Shown piece after piece: positions 1 to 9,030 of a stretch of 64,000 nt of DNA. A program made the translations under genes and the position numbers. Positions within the stretch are counted from its first letter, which is position 1. Each line of letters opens with the position of its first letter. The notes under the pieces are model-generated. The model saw only the letters and a list, made by a program, of their open reading frames with translations, ran no database searches and had not been told where the DNA came from. The stretch is from positions 37,301 to 101,300 of the IMG/VR virus record IMGVR_UViG_3300037245_002163, one strand, 5' to 3'. The DNA comes from a virus.

Positions 1-2
1 CG

Positions 3-722
3 ACGCAAGCGACGCTCGCCACGCGCGCTAGCGAAGCCACGCTCGAAGCGGCGCGAGTGCTGTTGGTATCCCTGGACGGTAAAGACTTCGCCACGGAGAC
101 GACCCAAGTGGCCTTGGGCGTCATTCTGAGCGCCATCGAAGTCAAGGTGGCCACGGAGACTACGCTTGCGACGCGGGCCAGCGAAACCACGCTGGCTCTG
201 ACGAAGGGTGTGCTGGACACGATCTACACACGACAGAACGACCGCAACCAGAAGACCCAGCTCACCAACGGAACCCTCGACGTAACCGTTACGGCCGACG
301 CGTCGATCAACCGCCTACAGATCGCTGGCAAGGTATCGGTCACTGGCGCAATCGCACCCCCGGCCACGACACAAGTGCTCATCCATGCCGACACTCCGCT
401 GACAGTAGGTAGTCACGATTCGGTCTACGTGATTCCTGATGGGGAGGTGTTTCATATTCAAGAGATTCACCAAGGCAATGAAGATCCAACGAAGGGCGCA
501 TCTGTTGAAATCATCTACTACAACGGGACAGAGCACTTGCTTGAACGGGTCTACTCCGCAGGCTCAACGGTGACGATTGGCTACCCGGAGATCAACGCGG
601 CGAGGGATGGAACGTCGATGGTCGGCAACGCAGGCGGCACGAACACGATCATCACTCGCCGCCTAAAGTATTCAGGTTCCAACATTGCAATCGAAACAGA
701 GGTCGTGGGGTACGTTGTATGA
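3..722 (+). CDS. 5'-truncated virion/tail-fibre-like protein with TLATRASE[A/T]TL repeats
   Basis: Frame is open from the window edge; ATLATRASEATL and TTLATRASETTL repeats, then a beta-rich C-terminus. Confidence 0.5.
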   Translation, partial: TQATLATRASEATLEAARVLLVSLDGKDFATETTQVALGVILSAIEVKVATETTLATRASETTLALTKGVLDTIYTRQNDRNQKTQLTNGTLDVTVTADASINRLQIAGKVSVTGAIAPPATTQVLIHADTPLTVGSHDSVYVIPDGEVFHIQEIHQGNEDPTKGASVEIIYYNGTEHLLERVYSAGSTVTIGYPEINAARDGTSMVGNAGGTNTIITRRLKYSGSNIAIETEVVGYVV

Positions 723-1966
723 GGGTGCTCTACATCGAGTACGCGCTTTGGAAGCAGATCACGCAGACGCGGGGCTTCACCGCGTTCCATGAGGTCGTCA
801 CAACGGATACCTTGCGGGTGTGGTCGGGAATGCCCGAAGTGGTCTACGCCGCCGACGTGGAGCCCGCCAACTTCGCGGACTGGCAGGCCGCCTTCCCCAG
901 CTCGACCCTTGTGCTGGGCGAGGATACTGCGCTTGCGAATATCGCGGGCCTTGGCGCTACGCTGCAACCCCGAAGTGCGGATGGCACGCCGCAAACGGCG
1001 GGTCAAAATCTCACGCTGGGCCAGCTCGCTTTCACGCGAGCGGACGACGGCACTGAGCCCATGAACGTCAACGGCGAGGCTTCCGGCACTCCCGTGAACC
1101 TTTGGAACGGCACGGGTGGCGGTGATACCGGAGCTGACTGGCCCGCATCGGGCACCGGATCAGAGCAAGCCGCAGCGGACGCCGGGGCCGGCACAAACGG
1201 CTGGGATACCGGGGTCGCTGCGCAGAACGACGCTACCGATTTCGACAACGGCTCCCTAGTGGATGTGGATGCGCTCTACGGCGATTTGCAGTTTCAGATC
1301 AATCCGCAGGCGTGGCCCGCAACTTCACGGCTTCGGGTCGGGTTTCTCGATGCGTCGAACAATCTCGTGGGCAACTGGCGTCGGGCCGAAAACTACACGA
1401 CGAATATGGATCTCGGCATTTGGCAGCCCGTGTCGATTCCGATCGTGGACTTTGCGCTCACAGGGCAAGTGCAAAAGCTCCACTTTGAGTACCGGAGTAC
1501 CAGCGGGCAGCACCACTACTTCGACGATATCAAGCTCGTGCCATCGGGTGGGAACGGTCCCTACCGCTTTCGGGTGGCCGCGCCTAATGCGCTCACGCGC
1601 TACCACGTATCGATGATTGTGTTCATGGTGAGCGGCCCAACCGCGGGCTGGACTTCGACCAGCTTTGCGAACATTTCGGCGCTCTCGAAGGGGGTCATTT
1701 TGCGCCAGCGCCGGATCTCCGATGGGGCCGTGCTTTGGAGCTTCAACTCAAAGGATAATGTGGAGCTGTTCGGTCGCTACCATCCCCAAGACGATATTGA
1801 GTTCGCCGATGGCACTTTGCTTGTCGGGTTCATGGTCAAGCCCGGCAAGGCGAGCATCGTGGTGAGCGATGACGCGGTGTTGGAGTTCGTAGTGCGGGAT
1901 GACTTGAGCGCACTGGCCGCCGCCCGCGCATTCGCGCACTACGGGGTAGAGGTACTAGAGCCATGA
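719..1966 (+). CDS. putative virion protein with a beta-sandwich, carbohydrate-binding-like region
   Basis: 415 aa, ATGA-coupled; G/T/W-rich; WQPVSIPIVDF...YFDDIKL resembles CBM/galactose-binding-like domains. Confidence 0.45.
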   Translation: MRVLYIEYALWKQITQTRGFTAFHEVVTTDTLRVWSGMPEVVYAADVEPANFADWQAAFPSSTLVLGEDTALANIAGLGATLQPRSADGTPQTAGQNLTLGQLAFTRADDGTEPMNVNGEASGTPVNLWNGTGGGDTGADWPASGTGSEQAAADAGAGTNGWDTGVAAQNDATDFDNGSLVDVDALYGDLQFQINPQAWPATSRLRVGFLDASNNLVGNWRRAENYTTNMDLGIWQPVSIPIVDFALTGQVQKLHFEYRSTSGQHHYFDDIKLVPSGGNGPYRFRVAAPNALTRYHVSMIVFMVSGPTAGWTSTSFANISALSKGVILRQRRISDGAVLWSFNSKDNVELFGRYHPQDDIEFADGTLLVGFMVKPGKASIVVSDDAVLEFVVRDDLSALAAARAFAHYGVEVLEP

Positions 1967-2685
1967 GTATCAGCATGAAGCGGTCGCCCGTGACGAGCGA
2001 TGGTCGACCCATCTACCTCACGAGCCGATTTCGAGGCAACGTCGATCCGTTCTTCGCGGGCTCAGGGGATAATGAGAACGGGCGCGGGCAAGACGATCTG
2101 TTTTGCTTGCATTGGGCGACGGCGCCAACCGAGGCCGAAGACAAGACGCAAACCTTTGGGTTCTGCGACTGGATCTACATCGCCAAGGGCACGGTGCAGT
2201 GGTGCAACGCGGGGCCGGGGGATTACGTGAGCTTTCACGCGTTCGCGCCAGCGACCACGGTCACGCCGAACACGGATGCGGGCAACTGCAATCTCGTAGC
2301 CACGGGCTTGGGGTTCAACACCATTATCCCCGCAGCGGGCAACGGCTCACACGACTACGCCGACCCCGTTCCGGTCCCGGCCTTCAATGCAGCCGGCGAG
2401 CCCAACGGGCACTGGCTATGGAGCGAGCCCGACGCCGGCAAGGGCGACATGACGTTCAAGGGCGACGGCGCTCAAATGTATAACCTCTACGACGCTACGC
2501 TCCCGTTGGTCTATTGGATCAAAAAGCTCCCGTTGATCGGCAACCATAGTGCGTTGCTCCAACCCGAAACCAAGGCCCGTAAGGTGCTCCCCCATTGGAA
2601 GTTCAAAGTGACCGTCCACAACGAATCGCTAGGCGCGCTCCAAGCGACCTGGCATTTGGATTGCGCACGGAAGAGCACGTTATGA
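1963..2685 (+). CDS. hypothetical, probably virion-associated protein
   Basis: 240 aa, ATGA overlap with the upstream gene. Confidence 0.55.
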   Translation: MSISMKRSPVTSDGRPIYLTSRFRGNVDPFFAGSGDNENGRGQDDLFCLHWATAPTEAEDKTQTFGFCDWIYIAKGTVQWCNAGPGDYVSFHAFAPATTVTPNTDAGNCNLVATGLGFNTIIPAAGNGSHDYADPVPVPAFNAAGEPNGHWLWSEPDAGKGDMTFKGDGAQMYNLYDATLPLVYWIKKLPLIGNHSALLQPETKARKVLPHWKFKVTVHNESLGALQATWHLDCARKSTL

Positions 2686-2706
2686 GTAGCACGCAAAGGG
2701 GGGTTT

Positions 2707-3612
2707 ATGCGCGCACTGGTTTTAGGGGGAGGGGGCAGTAAGGGTCCGTATCATTTAGGTGCGATCACTTCGCTGCTTTCGCAGGGATACCGATTTGACT
2801 TGTTCGCGGGGGTGAGCGTGGGGGCGCTCATGGCCGCATACCTAGCGCAGTTCGATGACCGCGATGTGCTCATAGGCCATCGCGCGTTGGTCGATATCAT
2901 GATGCGGCTCAACACGACTGACGTGTGGCGCAATTGGAAGTTCTGGCGTCGCGTCGCCGGCCTTTGGAAGACGAGCATCTACAACTCATCGGGGCTCCAT
3001 GCGCTCATCGAAAAGAGCGTGGACCCAAAGAAGATCCGTGAGAGCGGTAAGAAGCTGCGCATCGGCGCCGTGGATCTCTACAGTCGCGGGTACGAAGTGT
3101 TCGATGAGACCTATGTTCCGCTCAACAAAGCCATCGCCGCCAGTGCTTCACTGCCGTTCGCATTCTCGCCCGTGAGCATGGGCGGGAGCTTGTGGGTCGA
3201 CGGGGGTGTACGCGCCATGACGCCTTTGGCATCGGCTATCGAAGCGGGAGCAACCGACATAGTGGCGATCACGCTACAGCCCAAAGAGGCGAGCTTGAAG
3301 TTCAAAGACAAACCGAACGCGCTCGACATTGGGCTGCATTCGATTGATCTCATGAGCGACGAGATCGTGACGAAGGATATCAAGATCGCGCAGCTCTACA
3401 CGAAGATCAGGGGCCTAGAGCTACAGCTCGCCGGGGCGTGCGGCCATGCGCTCGACCACACCACGAACAAGCGGGCCGTGAAGGTGCTGCACATCCGGCC
3501 GCAGTTCGCCTTGAACGAGGATAGCGCCAAGTTCATGCCCGCCGAAGCCGTTCGCCTGTACCAACAGGGCCAGGAAGACGCTCAGCATGCGGTGTTTTTG
3601 GCCACGCCTTGA
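2707..3612 (+). CDS. patatin-like phospholipase
   Basis: LVLGGGGSKG oxyanion motif, GVSVG nucleophile elbow, VDGG catalytic Asp. Confidence 0.92.
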   Translation: MRALVLGGGGSKGPYHLGAITSLLSQGYRFDLFAGVSVGALMAAYLAQFDDRDVLIGHRALVDIMMRLNTTDVWRNWKFWRRVAGLWKTSIYNSSGLHALIEKSVDPKKIRESGKKLRIGAVDLYSRGYEVFDETYVPLNKAIAASASLPFAFSPVSMGGSLWVDGGVRAMTPLASAIEAGATDIVAITLQPKEASLKFKDKPNALDIGLHSIDLMSDEIVTKDIKIAQLYTKIRGLELQLAGACGHALDHTTNKRAVKVLHIRPQFALNEDSAKFMPAEAVRLYQQGQEDAQHAVFLATP

Positions 3613-3638
3613 CTACCTAATCGACCGTCTATTATGCT
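3609..3638 (+). promoter_or_regulatory. sigma70-like promoter, probably leaderless transcript
   Basis: TTGACT-18-TATGCT, with ATG 3645 six nt after the -10 box. Confidence 0.55.
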
Positions 3639-3644
3639 GGGGAT

Positions 3645-4301
3645 ATGGAGCCCCACTACCCATGGGACGATGAGCCCAACGTCGGCGCGACCGATGCGTA
3701 CGGGTATCGCTGCCGGCTGCGGCGCAATACGGACCTAGGAACGTGGTGCGGCTACGTGGTTATCCCCGCCGATCATCCGTGGTACGGGGTCTCGCTCTCC
3801 GACCTTGACGACGTGCGCGTGCATGGCGGCGTGACCTACTCCGGCGATAATCTGTACGAAGGGGAATGGGTCATAGGCTTCGACTGCGGCCATGCGTTCG
3901 ATCTGATCCCCAAGCTCATGACGGGCGAGCTGGGGAACGAGCCCCCGCTAGGCCCGCAAGGGATCTACCGGGACTACGACTACGCGATGGGCGAAGCCGC
4001 CGCGATAGCGCAGCAAGCGCAGCAAGCCGTGGCCAATCCCGATGACCCGCTCGACCGCAGCGACGAAGAGCTGACGCGTGCGCTCAAAAGGCTCCGCGGC
4101 GAAGTCGTGGCAAAGGCTCCCGAGCCCGGAGCGCCGCCAGAGTACGTGCGGCACCCGGACGAGACCGATGGGGAGTTCAAGCGGCGTATCATCGAAGACA
4201 ATGCCCGCGTCGCTGCCGGCATGGCGCCCCGTAGGCGCCCCAAGCTCTCCGCCGCCGCCGAAGCACGCATCGATGACCCGGAGCGCAAAGACCCATGGTA
4301 G
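3645..4301 (+). CDS. conserved-type phage hypothetical protein with a C-terminal extension
   Basis: WCGYV, HPWYG, VHGGVTY and WVIGFDCGH motifs typical of a common phage family. Confidence 0.75.
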   Translation: MEPHYPWDDEPNVGATDAYGYRCRLRRNTDLGTWCGYVVIPADHPWYGVSLSDLDDVRVHGGVTYSGDNLYEGEWVIGFDCGHAFDLIPKLMTGELGNEPPLGPQGIYRDYDYAMGEAAAIAQQAQQAVANPDDPLDRSDEELTRALKRLRGEVVAKAPEPGAPPEYVRHPDETDGEFKRRIIEDNARVAAGMAPRRRPKLSAAAEARIDDPERKDPW

Positions 4302-4999
4302 GGGATAATGACGACACCACGGATCTGAGCGATGCGGCGCTCATGCGACGGCTCAAAAGGCTACGCGGCGAAGACGCACCAGAGCCCGAACCCAAGCCGA
4401 AGCGCGAGCGCAGCGCGTTCGATGGGATCGATCTGGGGATCGCGCCCCCGTATGAGCTGCCCGACTTGCATGAGCATGGGCTCATCGCGATGGATCATGA
4501 AATGAGCCGTTCGGAGCGGCACGATGCGATCGAGCATCGGCTCACGTGCAAGGTCATTCACGATGACATGGCCGAAGAGATTCAGAAGAGCATGCGCTTC
4601 GACCTACGGCTGCACCTTCCCGGCATGTTCCAACATACCAGCGCGGTTGTGTGCGAACGCTACGATGCTGGCACGCGCACGGCCGTGTTCCGGCCCATCG
4701 AAGAGCTGCCCCCGGTCCCGAAGCTCGTGCCCATGCCGGAGCCCACGGAGCCCGTGCTGTTGATCATCGGTCGAAGTGACCGCGCCGAAGAGTTTGCGCG
4801 GGTCCGCAATGTGGCTTGGAAGTCGGTTCGAACGAGCCGCGATTTGCGGGGCCATGCGCCCGGTACGAAGCTGATCGTGCTCGATGAGGGCTACCCGCAC
4901 AGCCCCGAAGAGCTGGAAAAGCTGTTGGCGTTGGCCGCCGACCGCGGCTACGAAGCGGAGATGGTGACCTTCGGCCGCACGTCCCCCTCCGAGTTCTGA
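4295..4999 (+). CDS. hypothetical protein
   Basis: 234 aa; shares the DxSDxxL..RLKRLRGE motif with its neighbours. Confidence 0.65.
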   Translation: MVGDNDDTTDLSDAALMRRLKRLRGEDAPEPEPKPKRERSAFDGIDLGIAPPYELPDLHEHGLIAMDHEMSRSERHDAIEHRLTCKVIHDDMAEEIQKSMRFDLRLHLPGMFQHTSAVVCERYDAGTRTAVFRPIEELPPVPKLVPMPEPTEPVLLIIGRSDRAEEFARVRNVAWKSVRTSRDLRGHAPGTKLIVLDEGYPHSPEELEKLLALAADRGYEAEMVTFGRTSPSEF

Positions 5000-5096
5000 T
5001 TATCCTTTGGTTGCGGTGGTGGCTTGGGAGCCTTGTCCGCTTCGTTTAGTTCCCCCCATTTGCTCATACTTCATAGTCTGGCGTACGATGAGCCGT

Positions 5097-5486
5097 ATGG
5101 CCTCAGAAGAGAGCACTGTTGACCTGAGCGACGAAGAGCTGACGCAACGGCTTCGACTCGCGCGTGGGCAGAGTGCGGTGCGGGCTGCCACGGCCGACTC
5201 GATTGCCGATCAGCTTCGCAAGGGAGCCGACGCGATGAAGATCCGCGGCGTGAGCATTGACTCCGTGCTCATCGATGATCCGATCAGGGATATCGATCTC
5301 GTTCCGCTGCCGTCGATTACCGACCCTTACGACCCGAGCGTGTACGAACACAAGATCGAGCCCTATTGGGGAACGAGCACGGGGCGAATCACGACGCCGT
5401 ACGTTAGCCACACGGATATTGACGTGAAGGTGAGCGCCAACAGCACCGACCTACGCTTCGACAATTGCACCGGGGAAACGAAATGA
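5097..5486 (+). CDS. hypothetical protein
   Basis: Start chosen at the ATG 7 nt after a TACGAT -10-like box; contains DLSDEELTQRL. Confidence 0.6.
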   Translation: MASEESTVDLSDEELTQRLRLARGQSAVRAATADSIADQLRKGADAMKIRGVSIDSVLIDDPIRDIDLVPLPSITDPYDPSVYEHKIEPYWGTSTGRITTPYVSHTDIDVKVSANSTDLRFDNCTGETK

Positions 5487-5704
5487 GCGTCGAAGACCGC
5501 AGAGTACGCGACGCCGCTATCGAGTTAGCCGAAGCCACGCTCGACATGCTGAGCCGCCGCAACGCCCATCCGGTGTTGCACGTGAAACGTGCTTATCGCG
5601 CCGAAGTGACCGCGCTCAAAGAAGAGCAGTTCATGGTCAAGCTCATGACGTACCAACAGCGCAAGCGGCGACTGACGAGCGAAGCCTCAAAAGACCGTGT
5701 ATAA
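5483..5704 (+). CDS. hypothetical protein
   Basis: ATGA-coupled; helical composition. Confidence 0.55.
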   Translation: MSVEDRRVRDAAIELAEATLDMLSRRNAHPVLHVKRAYRAEVTALKEEQFMVKLMTYQQRKRRLTSEASKDRV

Positions 5705-5718
5705 AGCCCGCGGGGGCC

Positions 5719-5931
5719 ATGGATCTGGAGACGTTCGTAGAGCACGCGGCACGTTATGCCGCGTTGCAAAAGAAGCTCACTCGTAAAGCGTTGCTGCAAG
5801 CGATTGACGGGCGGGATAGTCTGCACCCGGAGGACGCGGATCACTTGGCTGACTTTCTCGATGAGATCAGTGCTGACTTGAGCGATGAGGGGGAGACCCT
5901 TCGACTCGCAGAAGCGGTGCGCGGAAGATAA
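5719..5931 (+). CDS. hypothetical protein
   Basis: 70 aa, GGGGG RBS, operon-like spacing. Confidence 0.6.
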   Translation: MDLETFVEHAARYAALQKKLTRKALLQAIDGRDSLHPEDADHLADFLDEISADLSDEGETLRLAEAVRGR

Positions 5932-5938
5932 CCCAGCC

Positions 5939-6121
5939 ATGGAACCGAACGACCTTCGATGCTTGGTGACAAACAACGCGTGCAGCGCGGATTGCACGTG
6001 CGTCAACTGCCAGCTTCACGCGCAGTTCAATCAGCATTTCAGCGGTACGGCGAGCGGACCCCATGAGGCGCCAAAGGATAATGAGCCTGAGTGGTGGGAG
6101 TTACCGGGGGGTAGCTTGTGA
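5939..6121 (+). CDS. small Cys-rich hypothetical protein
   Basis: C-x5-C-x3-C-x-C-x2-C cluster; stop overlaps the next start. Confidence 0.5.
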   Translation: MEPNDLRCLVTNNACSADCTCVNCQLHAQFNQHFSGTASGPHEAPKDNEPEWWELPGGSL

Positions 6122-6489
6122 GTGTGCAGAGCGCCTTCGACAAGTTGAACGCCCGCCGCATCGCCCTTGTCGTCCGTAAGCTGGACGGTGGGCTCGATGC
6201 GGAGCACACGGCGGAGCTAGAGGCCGTGACGGTGCGCTGCGATGCGGTGGTCAACGCGCTGTTCCCCGTGCCGAGTCTCGAAGAGATTGGGAAGCGTCTT
6301 GGCCTTGCCGGGCTCGAAGACCGGGAAGACCGCCAGCTCGAAATGCTCTTCGCATGTGCGCCACCCGATTGCTCATGGTGCGGAGCCCCGCATGAGGGAG
6401 GGCCGGAGTGTTGCGAGGATAATGAGCGGAGCGAGGGGCCAGCCGGGGGAGCCGCTGAGAGCCAGTGCAGCCGAACGGGACCGTCCTAA
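6118..6489 (+). CDS. hypothetical protein with a C-terminal Cys cluster
   Basis: 123 aa; CSWCGAPH..GPECC. Confidence 0.5.
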   Translation: MSVQSAFDKLNARRIALVVRKLDGGLDAEHTAELEAVTVRCDAVVNALFPVPSLEEIGKRLGLAGLEDREDRQLEMLFACAPPDCSWCGAPHEGGPECCEDNERSEGPAGGAAESQCSRTGPS

Positions 6490-6903
6490 ATGGGCCGAAA
6501 GAAGATATCTACGACCGTTTATGTGGAACCTGAGCAAGACATTGCGCTCAAAAAGCTCCGTGATCGCACGGGTATTCCGATGGCCGTGCTCATCCGTGAC
6601 GCCATCGATACGATGCTCCGCCGCTGGGAGAACGAGCATGACGTGCTCGACCACGTGGATCAGCTTGTGGCTGAGAAGCGCAAAGAGGCCGACGATGCGC
6701 ACCGCCACGCCGATATCATGGTCGAAGAGCTGGACGTGCTGGCGGAGCACTGCCGGCAAGTCGAGTCAGAGCGCGATCAGTGCCGCAATCTGGTCCAGCA
6801 CTACCGTGGCGCGCTCAGAGGGGTCCAGGGCCGCCTGAGCGACCTTCTGACGGCTTCGCCGAGCTTCTACCTAGACCAAGACGATGAAAAAGAAGAGCCC
6901 TAA
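6490..6903 (+). CDS. ribbon-helix-helix DNA-binding protein with a C-terminal coiled coil
   Basis: RKKISTTVYVEPEQDIALKKLRDRTGIPMAVLIRDAIDTML fits the RHH strand-helix-helix pattern. Confidence 0.8.
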   Translation: MGRKKISTTVYVEPEQDIALKKLRDRTGIPMAVLIRDAIDTMLRRWENEHDVLDHVDQLVAEKRKEADDAHRHADIMVEELDVLAEHCRQVESERDQCRNLVQHYRGALRGVQGRLSDLLTASPSFYLDQDDEKEEP

Positions 6904-6905
6904 GC

Positions 6906-7091
6906 GTGGCTGATAGGCCCCCGCGCGAAGATATCCTGTTGGAGCGTATCGAGCGGGCCAAAGAGGCCCTTGTGCGGCTACGCTCCAACTGCGCCCAACA
7001 AGTGGCTTTCGTCGAATCGCTCGAAGAGACCTACACGAAGTGGTTCGGCGACAAAGAGGATACCAAGCCTCAGAAGCTCCCCGAACGCTAG
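6906..7091 (+). CDS. hypothetical coiled-coil protein
   Basis: 61 aa, last gene of the plus-strand run. Confidence 0.5.
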   Translation: MADRPPREDILLERIERAKEALVRLRSNCAQQVAFVESLEETYTKWFGDKEDTKPQKLPER

Positions 7092-7252
7092 GCGTAGCGC
7101 CCCTTGAACCACGTGTGGCATCCGCAGTGCTCACAGACGGCGGGATTGGTGACGACGTGCACGGGCTTCTGGCACGAGGCGCAGCGAGGGATGGGACGGT
7201 AGCGAGGCCGGCGAACCTTGCGCACGAGCCAAAACAGCAACCGACCCCCCAT
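7088..7252 (-). CDS. small Zn-ribbon protein, 54 aa (not in the ORF track)
   Basis: Hand translation MGGRLLFWLVRKVRRPRYRPIPRCASCQKPVHVVTNPAVCEHCGCHTWFKGRYA; two CxxC pairs. Confidence 0.55.
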   Translation of the reverse strand: MGGRLLFWLVRKVRRPRYRPIPRCASCQKPVHVVTNPAVCEHCGCHTWFKGRYA

Positions 7253-7277
7253 GAATCAAGGGTGTCATAAGCCGCTG

Positions 7278-7384
7278 AAAAAATCCTTGGCGTCGCCCGT
7301 GCGGTGAATCTGATCCCGTGTGAGGGGGTCACGCTGAACCCGACCCTGTTTTTGCGCTGCGGGCGATCACCAAGGAAGGGGAAT
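7278..7384 (-). ncRNA. candidate small structured RNA or attenuator leader
   Basis: 5' TCCTTGGTGATCGCCCG pairs with 3' CGGGCGACGCCAAGGA (16 bp, one bulged A), followed by U6; internal GGGTCG/TGACCC hairpin; promoter directly upstream. Confidence 0.55.
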
Positions 7385-7390
7385 GACCGT

Positions 7391-7419
7391 AACCTAAGCG
7401 CCGCCCAAGGTAGTGTCAA
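7391..7419 (-). promoter_or_regulatory. sigma70-like promoter
   Basis: TTGACA-17-TAGGTT. Confidence 0.65.
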
Positions 7420-7509
7420 TATCCCTTAGCAGCTCGACACAAGCGTGGCGATGATGAAGCCGGCGGCCATGGTCAAGCCGAATGCGGTTTCGAGGTCCAC
7501 ACTTGAAGG

Positions 7510-7638
7510 CTACGTGATCACGCACCCGACCGCAGCGGCGCCGAGCACTGCGCCCAAAAGACTTCCGCTCATGAGGTAGAGCGAGACGAGCGTAAAGCCC
7601 AAGCACGTCAATCCACGAAATGGTCGATTCATAATCAT
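7510..7638 (-). CDS. small hydrophobic membrane peptide, 42 aa
   Basis: MIMNRPFRGLTCLGFTLVSLYLMSGSLLGAVLGAAAVGCVIT. Confidence 0.4.
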   Translation of the reverse strand: MIMNRPFRGLTCLGFTLVSLYLMSGSLLGAVLGAAAVGCVIT

Positions 7639-7702
7639 CCCCAAGCCCCCTGCGGACACACGCTAGCATGCGGTACACTCACTCGCTGGGGGGACACAAC
7701 CT

Positions 7703-7792
7703 ATGCTTACCGATGAACGCAACGGGCTCGCATTGCTCATGATCTCAGGGATGGTCGCGCTCGCGTACCAAACCGTCGCAGTAGGGTGGTGA
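7703..7792 (+). CDS. small hydrophobic peptide, 29 aa
   Basis: MLTDERNGLALLMISGMVALAYQTVAVGW; GGGGGA RBS; TACACT -10 box at 7674-7679. Confidence 0.45.
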   Translation: MLTDERNGLALLMISGMVALAYQTVAVGW

Positions 7793-7799
7793 CGCCGGC

Positions 7800-8039
7800 T
7801 TAGTGCGTGGTCCGTATATCCCCGGTCTCGATGAACGCGAGCGCCAGATCGTCGGAGCATCCTTCGGCGAAAAAGCGTTCTGCGCCATTGAGACCGGGGC
7901 GGAACAAGAGCCATCCATGAGTGGTGTAGCGGGCGAATCGGTCGCCCTTGATGGCGCTTACGTGACGAAAACCGACGTGTAAATGCGCATCCGCTTCGCC
8001 GAATGCGGTACGGAGTTGCGCGAGTCGATCAGGGGACAT
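7800..8039 (-). CDS. hypothetical protein
   Basis: 79 aa with AGGA upstream. Confidence 0.5.
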   Translation of the reverse strand: MSPDRLAQLRTAFGEADAHLHVGFRHVSAIKGDRFARYTTHGWLLFRPGLNGAERFFAEGCSDDLALAFIETGDIRTTH

Positions 8040-8138
8040 GGGGGATCGTCCTTTCGATGTTCATGAGCGCATTGTTTGCGTGTGTCGTCCAGTACGTGCT
8101 GTAAGTTCGCGCGATCATTTGGCAACCCCCACACCCGA

Positions 8139-8717
8139 TTAGAACAGGTGGGCTTTTGCAGTGCGCACGCGAAACTTCGGCGCTCCGTTGCGGCGTAACA
8201 CGACTTCGGTCACGCCGGCAGCGATGGCGTCTTTATCACGGGCGACCGCCACATCCGTGGCCCATTCCCAGCGCGTGAGCGAGGGTGAGGGGTCACGGTA
8301 GTCGCACCAAAAGTGCAGCCCTTCGACCGCGAAGATGCACACGACGTGCCCCTTGCTCTTCTGGCCCTCGCGCCCGTACCAAACGGTGCCGAGCCATGCG
8401 GCGCTTGCGAGCCCGCTTTGCAAGAGCGCCGTACACCAATAGAGCGCGTGATCATCGCAGTCCCCAAACTCCGTGTCGCCGGCATTGATCTTTGCCTGAA
8501 ACTTGCCGGGGCACATGAGCACATCGAGCACGCCCTTGATCGGATCGGGGCGCCAGTGCTGTCCCCATTTCAAGGCTTCGACGATCTCCCGCGTGGTGTA
8601 GTAGTGGTCGAGGTCGGGCCATCGTCGCCAGCCAGTGAGCCATTGGGTGAGCCCGTACCAAAGCGGCACGAGCCAGTAGAGGCGCTTGTAGAAAAAGCGC
8701 ACGAGCTTGTCAGTCAT
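8139..8717 (-). CDS. transglutaminase/papain-like cysteine protease with a hydrophobic N-terminus
   Basis: GDCDDHA ... GHVVC ... WCD gives a Cys-His-Asp triad pattern. Confidence 0.65.
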   Translation of the reverse strand: MTDKLVRFFYKRLYWLVPLWYGLTQWLTGWRRWPDLDHYYTTREIVEALKWGQHWRPDPIKGVLDVLMCPGKFQAKINAGDTEFGDCDDHALYWCTALLQSGLASAAWLGTVWYGREGQKSKGHVVCIFAVEGLHFWCDYRDPSPSLTRWEWATDVAVARDKDAIAAGVTEVVLRRNGAPKFRVRTAKAHLF

Positions 8718-8739
8718 TGTGAATCCCCCTGAGCGTAGG

Positions 8740-9000
8740 TTAGCTCTTGCGGGGCGTTGCCCGCCACGGGCTAGGCCCGATCGTGTCGACGTGCTCTTGT
8801 TGCGTGAAGGTGCACAGAGCGTCGGGATGGCGGTTGTACCAATCGAAGACTTCGCGGATGGGGTGGCCTACGAAGCGTTTCGTGGCCGGGATCGAACGGT
8901 ACACATGGCCAAGCACGACCACGAAATCGATGTTCAATTCGTGTGTTTGGAAGTTGGCGACTCCCGTGAAGCTAGACCAGCCAAGCAAAGGGGTACGCAT
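8740..9000 (-). CDS. hypothetical protein
   Basis: 86 aa in the minus-strand run. Confidence 0.45.
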   Translation of the reverse strand: MRTPLLGWSSFTGVANFQTHELNIDFVVVLGHVYRSIPATKRFVGHPIREVFDWYNRHPDALCTFTQQEHVDTIGPSPWRATPRKS

Positions 9001-9030
9001 GCTCCGATTACTAACCCAAGCGCCCCGTGC

